Positions 1-8,366 of a DNA stretch of 46,386 nt are shown here, piece after piece (position 1 is the first letter of the stretch; the number at the start of each line of letters is the position of its first letter). The DNA comes from Candidatus Woesearchaeota archaeon. GTDB taxonomy: Archaea; Nanobdellota; Nanobdellia; Pacearchaeales; GW2011-AR1. Below the pieces are notes generated by a model. It was not told where the DNA came from, did not search any database, and saw nothing but the letters and a program-made list of their open reading frames with translations. The stretch is from contig CAYHOV010000001.1 of the NCBI GenBank assembly GCA_964358615.1, positions 1 through 46,386 of the forward strand, read 5' to 3'. The translations under genes were made by a program, and so were the position numbers.

Positions 1-6
1 TTTTAC

Positions 7-738
7 TTAAATTAGGTACAAACTAAGAGAAACAATTCCCGCAATAAGACAATAAATCGAGAACCACCAGAGTTTTCCTTGTTTGATAATTCTAAATAAA
101 AGATTGATAAAAACATAGCTGAGAATAAAACAGATGATAAAACTTATCAGCAGACCCGAGTCAAAATAAAAATCTTTGAGCTCTAGAAGAAAAGCTCCGA
201 GGGAAACTGGGATAAACATCAGAAAAGAAAATTTTGCAGCTGTCTCTCGATTTAAACCTTGGAATAATCCTGCTGATATTGTCATTCCGCTTCGCGAGAC
301 TCCGGGTAAAATTGCAACTGCCTGGAAAATTCCAATGAGCAAAGATTTTTTTGCATTCAATCCTGAATATTCATGGGAGAATTTTGTCAGGAAAAGAATC
401 AATGCTGAAAATAAGAATCCTATTCCGACATAGAACAGCGACGAGAAAGTTGATTCGATAAAATCTTGGAAAATAATTCCGATAACTCCTGCTGGAATTG
501 TTGCGATGATCCAATAGAACCAGAGTTTTTTGTATTCTGGTTTGAAAGTCAAGAGATTAAAAATTTCTTTTCTTGTGAAAATTAGGACGGCTAGTAATGA
601 AGCAAGATGTAATGCTGTGAAAAAGAAAAGATTTGGCTGTGAAATTAAATTTGATACTAGGGCTAAGTGGCCTGAAGATGATATTGGCAAGAACTCGGTT
701 GCTGCTTGGATGATTGCGAGAGTGATTTCTTGAAACAT
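7..738 (-). CDS. uppP: Undecaprenyl-diphosphate phosphatase (UppP/BacA)
   Basis: ORF 7..822. FQEITLAIIQAATEFLPISSSGHL and PGVSRSGMTISAGL motifs and a multi-TM profile fit BacA/UppP. Start moved to the internal ATG at 738 (MFQEITL); the 28 upstream codons look non-coding and run into the divergent promoter. Confidence 0.9.
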   Translation of the reverse strand: MFQEITLAIIQAATEFLPISSSGHLALVSNLISQPNLFFFTALHLASLLAVLIFTRKEIFNLLTFKPEYKKLWFYWIIATIPAGVIGIIFQDFIESTFSSLFYVGIGFLFSALILFLTKFSHEYSGLNAKKSLLIGIFQAVAILPGVSRSGMTISAGLFQGLNRETAAKFSFLMFIPVSLGAFLLELKDFYFDSGLLISFIICFILSYVFINLLFRIIKQGKLWWFSIYCLIAGIVSLSLYLI

Positions 739-820
739 TATCTTATGTTGACGGGTAATTATATAAACATTTGTCCGGTAAGAGAGATAAAGATTTAAAC
801 TGATTTTTCTTCCCATTAAC

Positions 821-1666
821 ATGGGATTGACAAAAGATGTTAGGCCTCAAGGTGCAAGATATGGGACTACTGAAAACATAAAAAAACAAAGGGAAAAATA
901 TCCAGACATAGCGACGCGTGTTATTGATATTTCGGATATCATCCTAGAGATTTTAGATGCTAGATTTATTGACGATACTCGAAATTTAAAGGTCGAAGAG
1001 AGTATCAAAACAAAAGGTAAAAAACTTCTTTATGTCTTAAATAAAGCTGATTTGGTTGAGCGGAATAAAGTAAAGGATGTTATAAAAAAAGAAAAATTAT
1101 ATCCTCATGTTTTTGTTTCATGCAGGACAAAAAAAGGAATCCGTGAGTTGAGAGATAAGATTAAGGCAATGAGCGGGGGATTGGAATTAGAAGGAAAGGA
1201 ACGAGCCCAAGTAGGAATTATTGGTTATCCAAATACTGGAAAAAGCTCGTTGATAAATTTATTGACTGGAAAATTTACTTCTCAAGTCAGCCCTATCTCG
1301 GGTTTTACAAAAGGAATGCAAAAAAGAAAATTGAAAAAAGGGATTATCATAATTGATACGCCCGGAGTCATTCCCGATAAAGAATATTCAAATATTGATA
1401 TTGAAAAACTGGCACGACATGCAAAAATCGGGGCCATGTCCTATGACCGAGTCAAGGATCCTGAAATGGCTGTGACTTTGCTAATGGAGAACTACTCAAA
1501 ACAAATAGAAAAGTATTATGAAATCAATGCGGAGGGAAATCCGGATGTTTTGATCGAAGAATTGGGAAAGAAAAAACATTTTTTAGTAAAGGGCGGAGAG
1601 GTTGATATAGATAGGACGACGAGAATAATTTTAAGAGATTGGCAAGAAGGAAGAATTCGGGCTTGA
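821..1666 (+). CDS. Circularly permuted ribosome-biogenesis GTPase (YlqF/RbgA/YawG-like)
   Basis: G4 LNKADL precedes G1 GYPNTGKSSLIN and G3 DTPG. This is the permuted G4-G1-G3 order of the YlqF/YawG family. Confidence 0.8.
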   Translation: MGLTKDVRPQGARYGTTENIKKQREKYPDIATRVIDISDIILEILDARFIDDTRNLKVEESIKTKGKKLLYVLNKADLVERNKVKDVIKKEKLYPHVFVSCRTKKGIRELRDKIKAMSGGLELEGKERAQVGIIGYPNTGKSSLINLLTGKFTSQVSPISGFTKGMQKRKLKKGIIIIDTPGVIPDKEYSNIDIEKLARHAKIGAMSYDRVKDPEMAVTLLMENYSKQIEKYYEINAEGNPDVLIEELGKKKHFLVKGGEVDIDRTTRIILRDWQEGRIRA

Positions 1667-1716
1667 TCTTATCAAGTCAAAAAAAAGAAAAAAGAAGGAA
1701 TAAATAAATTTGTTTT

Positions 1717-1872
1717 TCATATCAGGAGAGTGTAACCTTTTTGGGTCTTTTGCCATATTGCTTCTGGAAAATTACTATGCAGAGTCAGAAAAAGCTTGGA
1801 AGTCTCTTCAGCTGGATCAGTTACTCGCTCCATGTCTGCATCGTCGTACTTTACAGAAAGATCTATTTTCAT
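1717..1872 (-). CDS. Small hypothetical protein (51 aa, MKIDLSVKYDDADMERV...)
   Basis: Below the ORF-track cutoff; translated by hand. Strong Shine-Dalgarno GAGGTGAT lies 4 nt upstream of the ATG (1873-1884, minus strand). No recognisable family. Confidence 0.4.
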   Translation of the reverse strand: MKIDLSVKYDDADMERVTDPAEETSKLFLTLHSNFPEAIWQKTQKGYTLLI

Positions 1873-2045
1873 TTTAATCACCTCTTTTTAATTAGAAGAA
1901 TAAATTAGAAGTTATTTATATATAAATATGCGATTGAATGTATAGTTTGGAGGATAAGTTATTTTATATACTGACTAACTGGCAAGTGAAACAGGCCTAA
2001 AACCGAGTGACTTGAGCTTATTTATTAGTGGTTGCAATTTTAACT

Positions 2046-2438
2046 CTAGCAACAGTATAATTTTGATTTATTCGGGTTCTTGCCAAAGGGATTGCCTGTT
2101 TCGCGAATATTTTTCATCATCTCTTTGTTTGATTCAAGCTCTTGGTCTTGGAGATTAAGAATCTCGCGGGCTTTTTTTGTAGCTTCGTAGACTTTTATCT
2201 TTAGCGGGCAAGATTTTTCACAGGCTCGGCAAAAAGTGCATTTGAAGGCTAATTCGTTGATAAGTTTTTTTGGAAGCATTATCGAGCGGCCTCTCGGAGA
2301 ATAATATTCTTCTTGCATTGCTTTGAAAACCGGGCAGAGTGATTTACACATCCCGCATTTTACACAAGGCTCGAGTATTTCAGAAATCTCTTCTTGCAAA
2401 TTTTTTATTTCTATTTGTTTTTGTGATGGTTTTGTCAT
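2046..2438 (-). CDS. 2x[4Fe-4S] ferredoxin-domain protein (GlcF/HdrC-like N-terminal module)
   Basis: Two CxxCxxCxxxCP motifs (CVKCGMCKSLCP, CTFCRACEKSCP). ATGA overlap with the upstream FAD-oxidase gene. Confidence 0.8.
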   Translation of the reverse strand: MTKPSQKQIEIKNLQEEISEILEPCVKCGMCKSLCPVFKAMQEEYYSPRGRSIMLPKKLINELAFKCTFCRACEKSCPLKIKVYEATKKAREILNLQDQELESNKEMMKNIRETGNPFGKNPNKSKLYCC

Positions 2439-3568
2439 GAGTCGATAATCTTGTTCATATTAAATTTATTTAATGAGTCATTACGTTTTTTTACTGCGAG
2501 ATATAAATCTTTTTCAGTTTTATCCAAAAATTGTTTTTTTGTCAATCCGATTCCATGCTCGCCTGTGACCTGGCCTCGTAATTTTCTTACGAACTTCATC
2601 AACTCTGGAATTTTTGATTCTTGCTGTTTTGAGAAACAGGGATGAATTATTCCTACGCCCAAATGGCCAAATACGGGAATATTATTTTTCTCCAGCCACT
2701 CAAGCACTTCGGAAAACTGATCAAGATATATTTTTGGATCTTCAATCCGAGAATATCCTGCTTGGGCCAGAAGAGGATAGGCAGAATCACGAAGAGCAAT
2801 TATTTTTTTGTATTCTTCATCTTTTAACTCGCCTTTTTCAGATTCGTATTCTATAAGAAGATGATATTTTTTAGGCAAATTCAGCAATTCTGATATTGTC
2901 TTATCCAAAAATTCGAGCATGCTAACTTTCGGATTTAATTTTTCTTTTTTTGCTATTTCTATAATCTCTCTGATTTTATCTTTGGCAATCAAACTTGCAG
3001 TCCTATTTTTTTTAGTAGTGAGTTTAAGGCAAGCTCGGGAAATTATTCCTGTTATTCCTTCTAGGCCTGTAAAGTCAGAGAGTTCTGATTTTTCTTTTTT
3101 ATGGATATTGCCATTGGAATCAACAATCTCGAGCCACTCGATCCACTGCGATGTTTTTCCATATCTTATTGCTCTAGAGCCGACTGCATCTGTTGCTATC
3201 ATGCCGCCGATTGTGCAGACTGCGTGAGAAGAGGGATTTATCGGAAATTCTAGATCAGAAAACTCAAGAAAATCGTTCAGATCGTCGAGAACTACTCCGG
3301 ATTCTACAACAATCGTCTTATGGCGCTCGTCTAACTCTAAAATCTTATTAAGTTTTGAAAGATCGATGACTGTATCGTTCTGAGGGACTGCGCCTCCGAC
3401 GAGACTTGTGCCTGCTGCCCGTATTGTTATTTTTGGATTTATCCGGACTTGGTGCTGGAGCTGTTGAATTGATCCGGGAATCAGAACTTCGAGTGCATGG
3501 CCTTGAATCTGAGAGGCGTCGGTTTCATAGACGATCTTGTCTGTAAGAGAATTATCTTCTTCTGACAT
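2435..3568 (-). CDS. FAD-linked oxidase (GlcD / D-lactate dehydrogenase-like)
   Basis: FAD_binding_4-type N-terminus (RAAGTSLVGGAVP, CTIGGMIATDAVG) and C-terminal GEHGIG motif. At 377 aa it is shorter than typical GlcD. Confidence 0.8.
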   Translation of the reverse strand: MSEEDNSLTDKIVYETDASQIQGHALEVLIPGSIQQLQHQVRINPKITIRAAGTSLVGGAVPQNDTVIDLSKLNKILELDERHKTIVVESGVVLDDLNDFLEFSDLEFPINPSSHAVCTIGGMIATDAVGSRAIRYGKTSQWIEWLEIVDSNGNIHKKEKSELSDFTGLEGITGIISRACLKLTTKKNRTASLIAKDKIREIIEIAKKEKLNPKVSMLEFLDKTISELLNLPKKYHLLIEYESEKGELKDEEYKKIIALRDSAYPLLAQAGYSRIEDPKIYLDQFSEVLEWLEKNNIPVFGHLGVGIIHPCFSKQQESKIPELMKFVRKLRGQVTGEHGIGLTKKQFLDKTEKDLYLAVKKRNDSLNKFNMNKIIDS

Positions 3569-3569
3569 T

Positions 3570-4124
3570 TTATTTTCGCTCCATTATTTTTTTAATTCTA
3601 TCTATTAAATATTGGAACTTGGAACTGCCTATTAAAAGTATGTCAAAATCTACCCAAACCATATAATATAAAATTATTCTAAAATCCTGATCTAACGATT
3701 CAAATATAGAGTCTTCAGCAAGATCATAACCCTCTTGAGTAGGGTCGTCAATATTATTAAATAGATGATAATCTGCAGTAAGACGGGAATCTCTTTGAAA
3801 TATCTCTTTTATTCTTTTAAATCTTTTTTCTGTAATCTTTCCAGTATAACGATACCAAATATATTTTTTTGGTTTATTTTTGTTAATATAATAATCAAGA
3901 TATGCTCGGTCTATTTCTTGGAGTGATTTATTTTCTTTGAAAAGTTTATATAAAAAGAAGATTGTATCTTTTATCTTATTTTTAATCATATCTTCTATTT
4001 CATCTTGACTAATGCCTTTGAAAAGGTTTAAGATTATTTTTTTTAACTCTTCAATATTTTTGTCATTACCCTCAACTAACTCGCCTGAAATTTCAATTAT
4101 TCTTTTTTCAACTTCTGGGATCAT
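3570..4124 (-). CDS. Hypothetical protein embedded in the GlcD/GlcF-like operon
   Basis: 184-aa ORF. Its start overlaps the stop of the CCG-domain gene (ATGA), and its stop is 1 nt from the glcD-like start. No recognisable motif. Confidence 0.65.
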   Translation of the reverse strand: MIPEVEKRIIEISGELVEGNDKNIEELKKIILNLFKGISQDEIEDMIKNKIKDTIFFLYKLFKENKSLQEIDRAYLDYYINKNKPKKYIWYRYTGKITEKRFKRIKEIFQRDSRLTADYHLFNNIDDPTQEGYDLAEDSIFESLDQDFRIILYYMVWVDFDILLIGSSKFQYLIDRIKKIMERK

Positions 4125-4855
4125 CTTAATTTTAGCTCCTTTATTTTTCTTAGTACAAAAGATGAGAATTCTTCAGACTTGTCTGTGGCTGATTTAAGAT
4201 TTGCAGAGCAGAGGCCACAGGGAGAAACTATTTTTTCTGCTTGCCGAGGTATTTCTGAAATTCGGAGTTTTGCAATGTTTTTGGCCATGTCAGGATAGTT
4301 TGCCTGAAGACCTGCTCCTGCTCCGCAGCAGAGTGCTTGATCTTTGGAGTGCTTCATCTCGATAATCTCTGCTCCTAAAAGTTGAAGAACCTGACGAGGA
4401 GCGTCGTAGATCTCGGAGTAGCGGCCAAGATGGCAGGGATCATGGTAAGTTATTTTTTCTTTTTTAGTATCTGGGATCCGCCGATTCTTCAGAGCGTTTA
4501 GTATTGTCACGGTAGCGTGTTCGACTTCAATATCCCATTCGCGAACTAATTTTGGATATTCGAACTTGAGAATAGAATAGCAAGAGGGGCAGTTGGTGAT
4601 TATTTTTCTTACATTATATTTTTTGAATAATTCAAAATTCTTTTTTGCAAGTTCGCGAGTGTCTTTGGAATAACCTGCATTTAGAGCAGGCATGCCGCAG
4701 CAAATATCTTCGGAAAGTATAATAAAATCTATCCCAAGAATATTGAATATTTGTTTGTAATTTTCAAGATGATCCTGAAGAACGGATTTTGTCAAGCATC
4801 CCGGATAGTAAAGCGTATTTGAATTCACTTTTTTAAGCCAAGTTATTATTCCCAT
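4121..4855 (-). CDS. CCG-domain (cysteine-rich) Fe-S oxidoreductase subunit (GlcF C-terminal / HdrB-like)
   Basis: Two CCG motifs (DICCGMPALNAG, ALCCGAGAG) plus NCPSC and CGLC motifs. Confidence 0.8.
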   Translation of the reverse strand: MGIITWLKKVNSNTLYYPGCLTKSVLQDHLENYKQIFNILGIDFIILSEDICCGMPALNAGYSKDTRELAKKNFELFKKYNVRKIITNCPSCYSILKFEYPKLVREWDIEVEHATVTILNALKNRRIPDTKKEKITYHDPCHLGRYSEIYDAPRQVLQLLGAEIIEMKHSKDQALCCGAGAGLQANYPDMAKNIAKLRISEIPRQAEKIVSPCGLCSANLKSATDKSEEFSSFVLRKIKELKLR

Positions 4856-4892
4856 AGATATTATTATTTTGTTTTGTTATTAAATCTTGTTA

Positions 4893-5978
4893 TTAGATTG
4901 CTCTAAAAATATAAATCGCAAGAAGAATCATGATTATGCCTGCTGCAAGCCGCATATATTTTTTATTATTTTCCACCCATGTTTTTATTGATTCGATGTT
5001 TGTTCCGTAATAAATCAAGAAAGTTAATATGACTAGCGGGAGTATAAAGATAATATTGTAGAGAAATAAATAGCCCACGCCAAAGGTTTTGTTTATGGAC
5101 ATCATGCTCAGAATTGCAACATAAATTCCGCCTGTGCAAGGAAGCTCGACCATGGCCACTATAAAACCTAAAAGAATTATAGCTGGCAAAGTTCCGCGAT
5201 GCATCAGTCTTTCTAAAAATGGTTTTGTTTCTGTAGGAATTCTTAAAGAAATTCCTCGGCCATACCAGAAAAAATCTTTTAATTCTATAAGACCTCCGAT
5301 AAATACTAGAATTGCTGCGACAAGATAGATATAATAAAGTTCTGCAGACAAAGATCTTAGGATCTGAAGAATACCGAGGCCTGCTAAAAAATAGACTGCA
5401 AATACTACAAAAGAATAAATCAATCCATATTTTAAGGCTCGTTTTGAAGAACCTAGCTTGAACAGAGTGGCCATCAAGAATAGTAAAACTCCGAAGGCAC
5501 AAGGATTTATAGAATCAATTATTGCAGCAATAATTATACTTCCGATAGTCAATTGTCTTGCGTTGGAATCTACAGGAGTTACATTACCGGAAAGAGAAAT
5601 ACCCTCGGTTTTGCAATTTTTTATTTTATTTTCTAAATCCAGGATGATTGGACGATCTCCGGCCAGAGTCAGATATTTATCTTCGCATTGAATTATCGCA
5701 AAAGGAACTGAAAGAGCCTCTTTTGAGATATTTATCTTTCCGGCCATCTCGGCAAATTTTTCCCGAGAAGTTTGATTATTATAGACTTCGTATTTTTCTA
5801 GATGAACTCGGTCAAGTCTTGAAATATTGTTCATTATCCCGGATTTATTTATATTAAGACAATGAGAACAGGTATCGCCGTAAAAATAATAAACATCAGT
5901 GATATTTTTATCTGGCTGGGCAGAGATTGTTGTGGCTAGAAAGATTGCAATTAAAACAAAAACCAATGCTTTTTTCAT
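4893..5978 (-). CDS. Thiol:disulfide transmembrane electron transporter (DsbD/CcdA family) with an N-terminal extracytoplasmic CxxC thioredoxin-like domain
   Basis: Signal peptide, GDTCSHC motif, then a CcdA-type membrane core with the INPCAFG and ELPCTGG Cys motifs. Confidence 0.8.
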   Translation of the reverse strand: MKKALVFVLIAIFLATTISAQPDKNITDVYYFYGDTCSHCLNINKSGIMNNISRLDRVHLEKYEVYNNQTSREKFAEMAGKINISKEALSVPFAIIQCEDKYLTLAGDRPIILDLENKIKNCKTEGISLSGNVTPVDSNARQLTIGSIIIAAIIDSINPCAFGVLLFLMATLFKLGSSKRALKYGLIYSFVVFAVYFLAGLGILQILRSLSAELYYIYLVAAILVFIGGLIELKDFFWYGRGISLRIPTETKPFLERLMHRGTLPAIILLGFIVAMVELPCTGGIYVAILSMMSINKTFGVGYLFLYNIIFILPLVILTFLIYYGTNIESIKTWVENNKKYMRLAAGIIMILLAIYIFRAI

Positions 5979-6439
5979 TTTACTAACTCCCGAGCTAATT
6001 CTGATTTAAGTTTTATTTTATTGGTTTTACCCGACTTAGTTATGTCGATTAAACCTTTGTCAAGAAGTTTTTTTATTATCCTATGTGCTTTTAGTTTATT
6101 ATATTTTTTTGACAGGTCTGATTGGTCAAGCTCGCCATTATTTTTTACTAATTCATCGAGAGTAGAACGTTCATCGTTGTCAAGAATAGCATAGAGAATC
6201 TCCATGTTTTTAGAGATCACACACTGTTTTGCGTCGATTTTTAAGGAGAATAAATAGTGAAGCAGGCAATAGATAAAAACTATTGCGAGAGTTATGAAAA
6301 TATAGATAAAATATTGCGAGACTACGTTTGGGCAACCGCAGGAAGTAACCTGGAATTTATCGCCGAGTAAAAGAGATAGAAATACAATTAACAGTATAAA
6401 TGCAAATGCTCCGATTATTAGATGAGTCTTGTTTTTCAT
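5975..6439 (-). CDS. Membrane-anchored winged-helix (MarR/ArsR-like) regulator
   Basis: Two N-terminal TM helices, then a wHTH-like C-terminus (STLDELVKNNGELDQSDLSKKYNKLKAHRIIKKLLDKGLI). 4-nt overlap with the DsbD-like gene. Confidence 0.6.
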   Translation of the reverse strand: MKNKTHLIIGAFAFILLIVFLSLLLGDKFQVTSCGCPNVVSQYFIYIFITLAIVFIYCLLHYLFSLKIDAKQCVISKNMEILYAILDNDERSTLDELVKNNGELDQSDLSKKYNKLKAHRIIKKLLDKGLIDITKSGKTNKIKLKSELARELVK

Positions 6440-6486
6440 AGAAATTTATGAAAAAAATTGTTTTTAAACTTTTCGATTAGTATTTT

Positions 6487-6510
6487 AGGGTTTCAATATA
6501 ATGAAACCCT
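6487..6510. promoter_or_regulatory. Palindrome AGGGTTTCA-N6-TGAAACCCT upstream of the wHTH/DsbD operon
   Basis: Perfect 9-bp arms, 48-71 nt upstream of the ATG at 6439. It has the same half-site and spacing as 6664..6683. Confidence 0.45.
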
Positions 6511-6548
6511 GGAAAAGTGTTTATACAGAAATGTTGGTTAAAACCACG

Positions 6549-6634
6549 CCCCTTGGAGCGTTGCATTTCTGTCTCCAAAAAACAAGGGGCTTTACAAACC
6601 GCACCATTTATGGTGCGGTGCCCATTGTTTTTTT
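6549..6634 (+). ncRNA. Candidate structured RNA or bidirectional terminator (two GC-rich hairpins plus oligo-T)
   Basis: CCCCTTG (6549-6555) pairs with CAAGGGG (6583-6589). CCGCACCA-TTTA-TGGTGCGG spans 6599-6618 and is followed by TTGTTTTTTT (6626-6634). It is a GC island in an AT-rich spacer. Confidence 0.3.
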
Positions 6635-6663
6635 AATTTTACAAAATTATCTATATAATTTAT

Positions 6664-6683
6664 GGTTTCAAAAATTTGAAACC
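6664..6683. promoter_or_regulatory. Palindrome GGTTTCAAA-AA-TTTGAAACC overlapping the pyrG stop codon
   Basis: Perfect 9-bp arms. Its core GGTTTCA-N6-TGAAACC is identical to that of 6487..6510. Confidence 0.4.
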
Positions 6684-8305
6684 TTTTTCATTCTCTCGAG
6701 AGAAGCTTTAACAAATCCGTCAAATAGTGGAGCTGGTTTGGATAAGGAACTTTTAAATTCAGGATGTGCTTGAGTCGCTATAAAAAATGGATGATTCGGC
6801 AGTTCGATGAACTCGACAAGTTTTTCATCAGGACTTTTTCCACTGAGGACAAGGCCGCCTTGTTCTAGTGTGTTGTGGTATTGAGGATTTACTTCGTAGC
6901 GATGGCGATGTCTTTCTGAAATTTCTGATTCTTGATAGAGTTGAAAAGCGAGTGTATCTGGTTTGAGGATGGCCTTATATGATCCGAGTCTCATGGTCCC
7001 TCCTTTTTGGGTTATTTGGGCTTGATCTGGAAGAATATCTATAATCTTATGGGTTATATTTGGGTCTATCTCTGTAGAATTTGCTTCGAGGTTGCAGATA
7101 TTTCTGGCGTACTCGACTACTGCAAGCTGTAATCCATAGCAGATTCCCAAAAAAGGTATATTGTTTTCCCGAGCATATTTTATTGCAAGAATTTTCCCTT
7201 CAGTACCTGTTGAGCCGAATCCGCCTGGAACTAAAATTCCATGGAATTTGTTGAGATTTACTAGGCCTTTTTCAATGTCCTGTGAGCTTACCCAATTTAT
7301 TTTTACCTCGGTATTATTTTTTGCACCTGCGTGTTTTATGGCCTCGTTTACAGATAGATAAGAATCACGAAGAGTAAAATCTCCTGTTGAGAGATATTTT
7401 CCGACTATTGCTATCTCGACCCTATCTGAAGGAGAAATAATCTTCTTTACCAAATCTGCCCACTCTGTCCAATCGGGTTGTTTATTTGGCGTAATTTTTA
7501 GTTCGGATAAAAGTTTTGCTCCAAATTTTTCTTTTTCTAAATCTAGGGGAATTGTGTAAATTGTATTTGCTGTTCCTTCGCCTATTACGTCCGGCATAGA
7601 GATTATATTTCCTGATTTTATATTTGAATAGAGCTCAAGTTTTTTCTTGCGAGGTTCATCTAAGGCGTGCTTACCTCTGCAGAGAATGAAATCTGGCTGT
7701 ATGCCACTCTCACGTAAAAGTTTTATTGCTAATTGTGTTGGCTTTGTTTTCATTTCGTCGATGTGGCTTGGAACAGGAAGATAGGTCACGAGAATGTAAC
7801 AAACATTTTCCTTTCCGAGTTCCATTTCTATGCTTTTTGCTGCGAATAAGAAAGGTATGTTTTCATAGTCACCGACTGTGCCCCCGATTTCTATTAGAAC
7901 CATGTCATAATCTTTTCCGATTTCCATAATCCGAGATTTTATCTCTTGGGGAACATGGGGAATAAACTGAACTGTCTCGCCAAGAAAATCTCCACGACGC
8001 TCTTTTTCGATCAGGCTCTGATATATTTGACCAGTAGTAATGCTATTTTTTTTGTAGATATTTTCTTCTAGGAATCGTTCGTAGTTTCCCAAGTCTTGGT
8101 CGATTTCTCCGCCGTCTTCGGTGACCCAAACTTCGCCGTGTTCTGTTGGTCGCAGAGTTCCTGCGTCACAATTTATGTAGGGATCGATTTTTATTGCGGT
8201 TACTCTGAATCCGTGTTCTTTTAATATTCGGCCGATGGAAGCAGTGGCTACGCCTTTACCGACGCCAGAAATTACACCTCCAACGACAAAGATATATTTT
8301 GTCAT
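6668..8305 (-). CDS. pyrG: CTP synthase
   Basis: MTKYIFVVGGVISGVGKGV N-terminus and a C-terminal glutamine amidotransferase domain (GICYGLQ, HRHRYEVN). Confidence 0.95.
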   Translation of the reverse strand: MTKYIFVVGGVISGVGKGVATASIGRILKEHGFRVTAIKIDPYINCDAGTLRPTEHGEVWVTEDGGEIDQDLGNYERFLEENIYKKNSITTGQIYQSLIEKERRGDFLGETVQFIPHVPQEIKSRIMEIGKDYDMVLIEIGGTVGDYENIPFLFAAKSIEMELGKENVCYILVTYLPVPSHIDEMKTKPTQLAIKLLRESGIQPDFILCRGKHALDEPRKKKLELYSNIKSGNIISMPDVIGEGTANTIYTIPLDLEKEKFGAKLLSELKITPNKQPDWTEWADLVKKIISPSDRVEIAIVGKYLSTGDFTLRDSYLSVNEAIKHAGAKNNTEVKINWVSSQDIEKGLVNLNKFHGILVPGGFGSTGTEGKILAIKYARENNIPFLGICYGLQLAVVEYARNICNLEANSTEIDPNITHKIIDILPDQAQITQKGGTMRLGSYKAILKPDTLAFQLYQESEISERHRHRYEVNPQYHNTLEQGGLVLSGKSPDEKLVEFIELPNHPFFIATQAHPEFKSSLSKPAPLFDGFVKASLERMKKVSNF

Positions 8306-8366
8306 GATTTTTTAGAGTTCTTGGTATTAAAAGGATTTATGTGGTTTTGTATATATAATCAAAAGG

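Noticed and set aside
739-822. Longer uppP start at 822
   Set aside because: The extra 28 residues (MLMGRKISLNLYLSYRTNVYIITRQHKI) are not UppP-like and would overlap the GTPase start. The TATA-like TTATATAA at about 767-775 fits the shorter start.
4966-5502. 178-aa same-strand alternative-frame ORF inside the DsbD/CcdA-like gene
   Set aside because: It is fully nested in a gene with clear family motifs. Its Arg/Ser/Phe-rich sequence is typical of an off-frame read.
6501-6773. 90-aa plus-strand ORF in the pyrG-to-wHTH spacer
   Set aside because: It starts inside a palindrome, runs through two GC-rich hairpins and an oligo-T tract, and then reads antisense into the pyrG 3' end. The composition looks like structured non-coding DNA.
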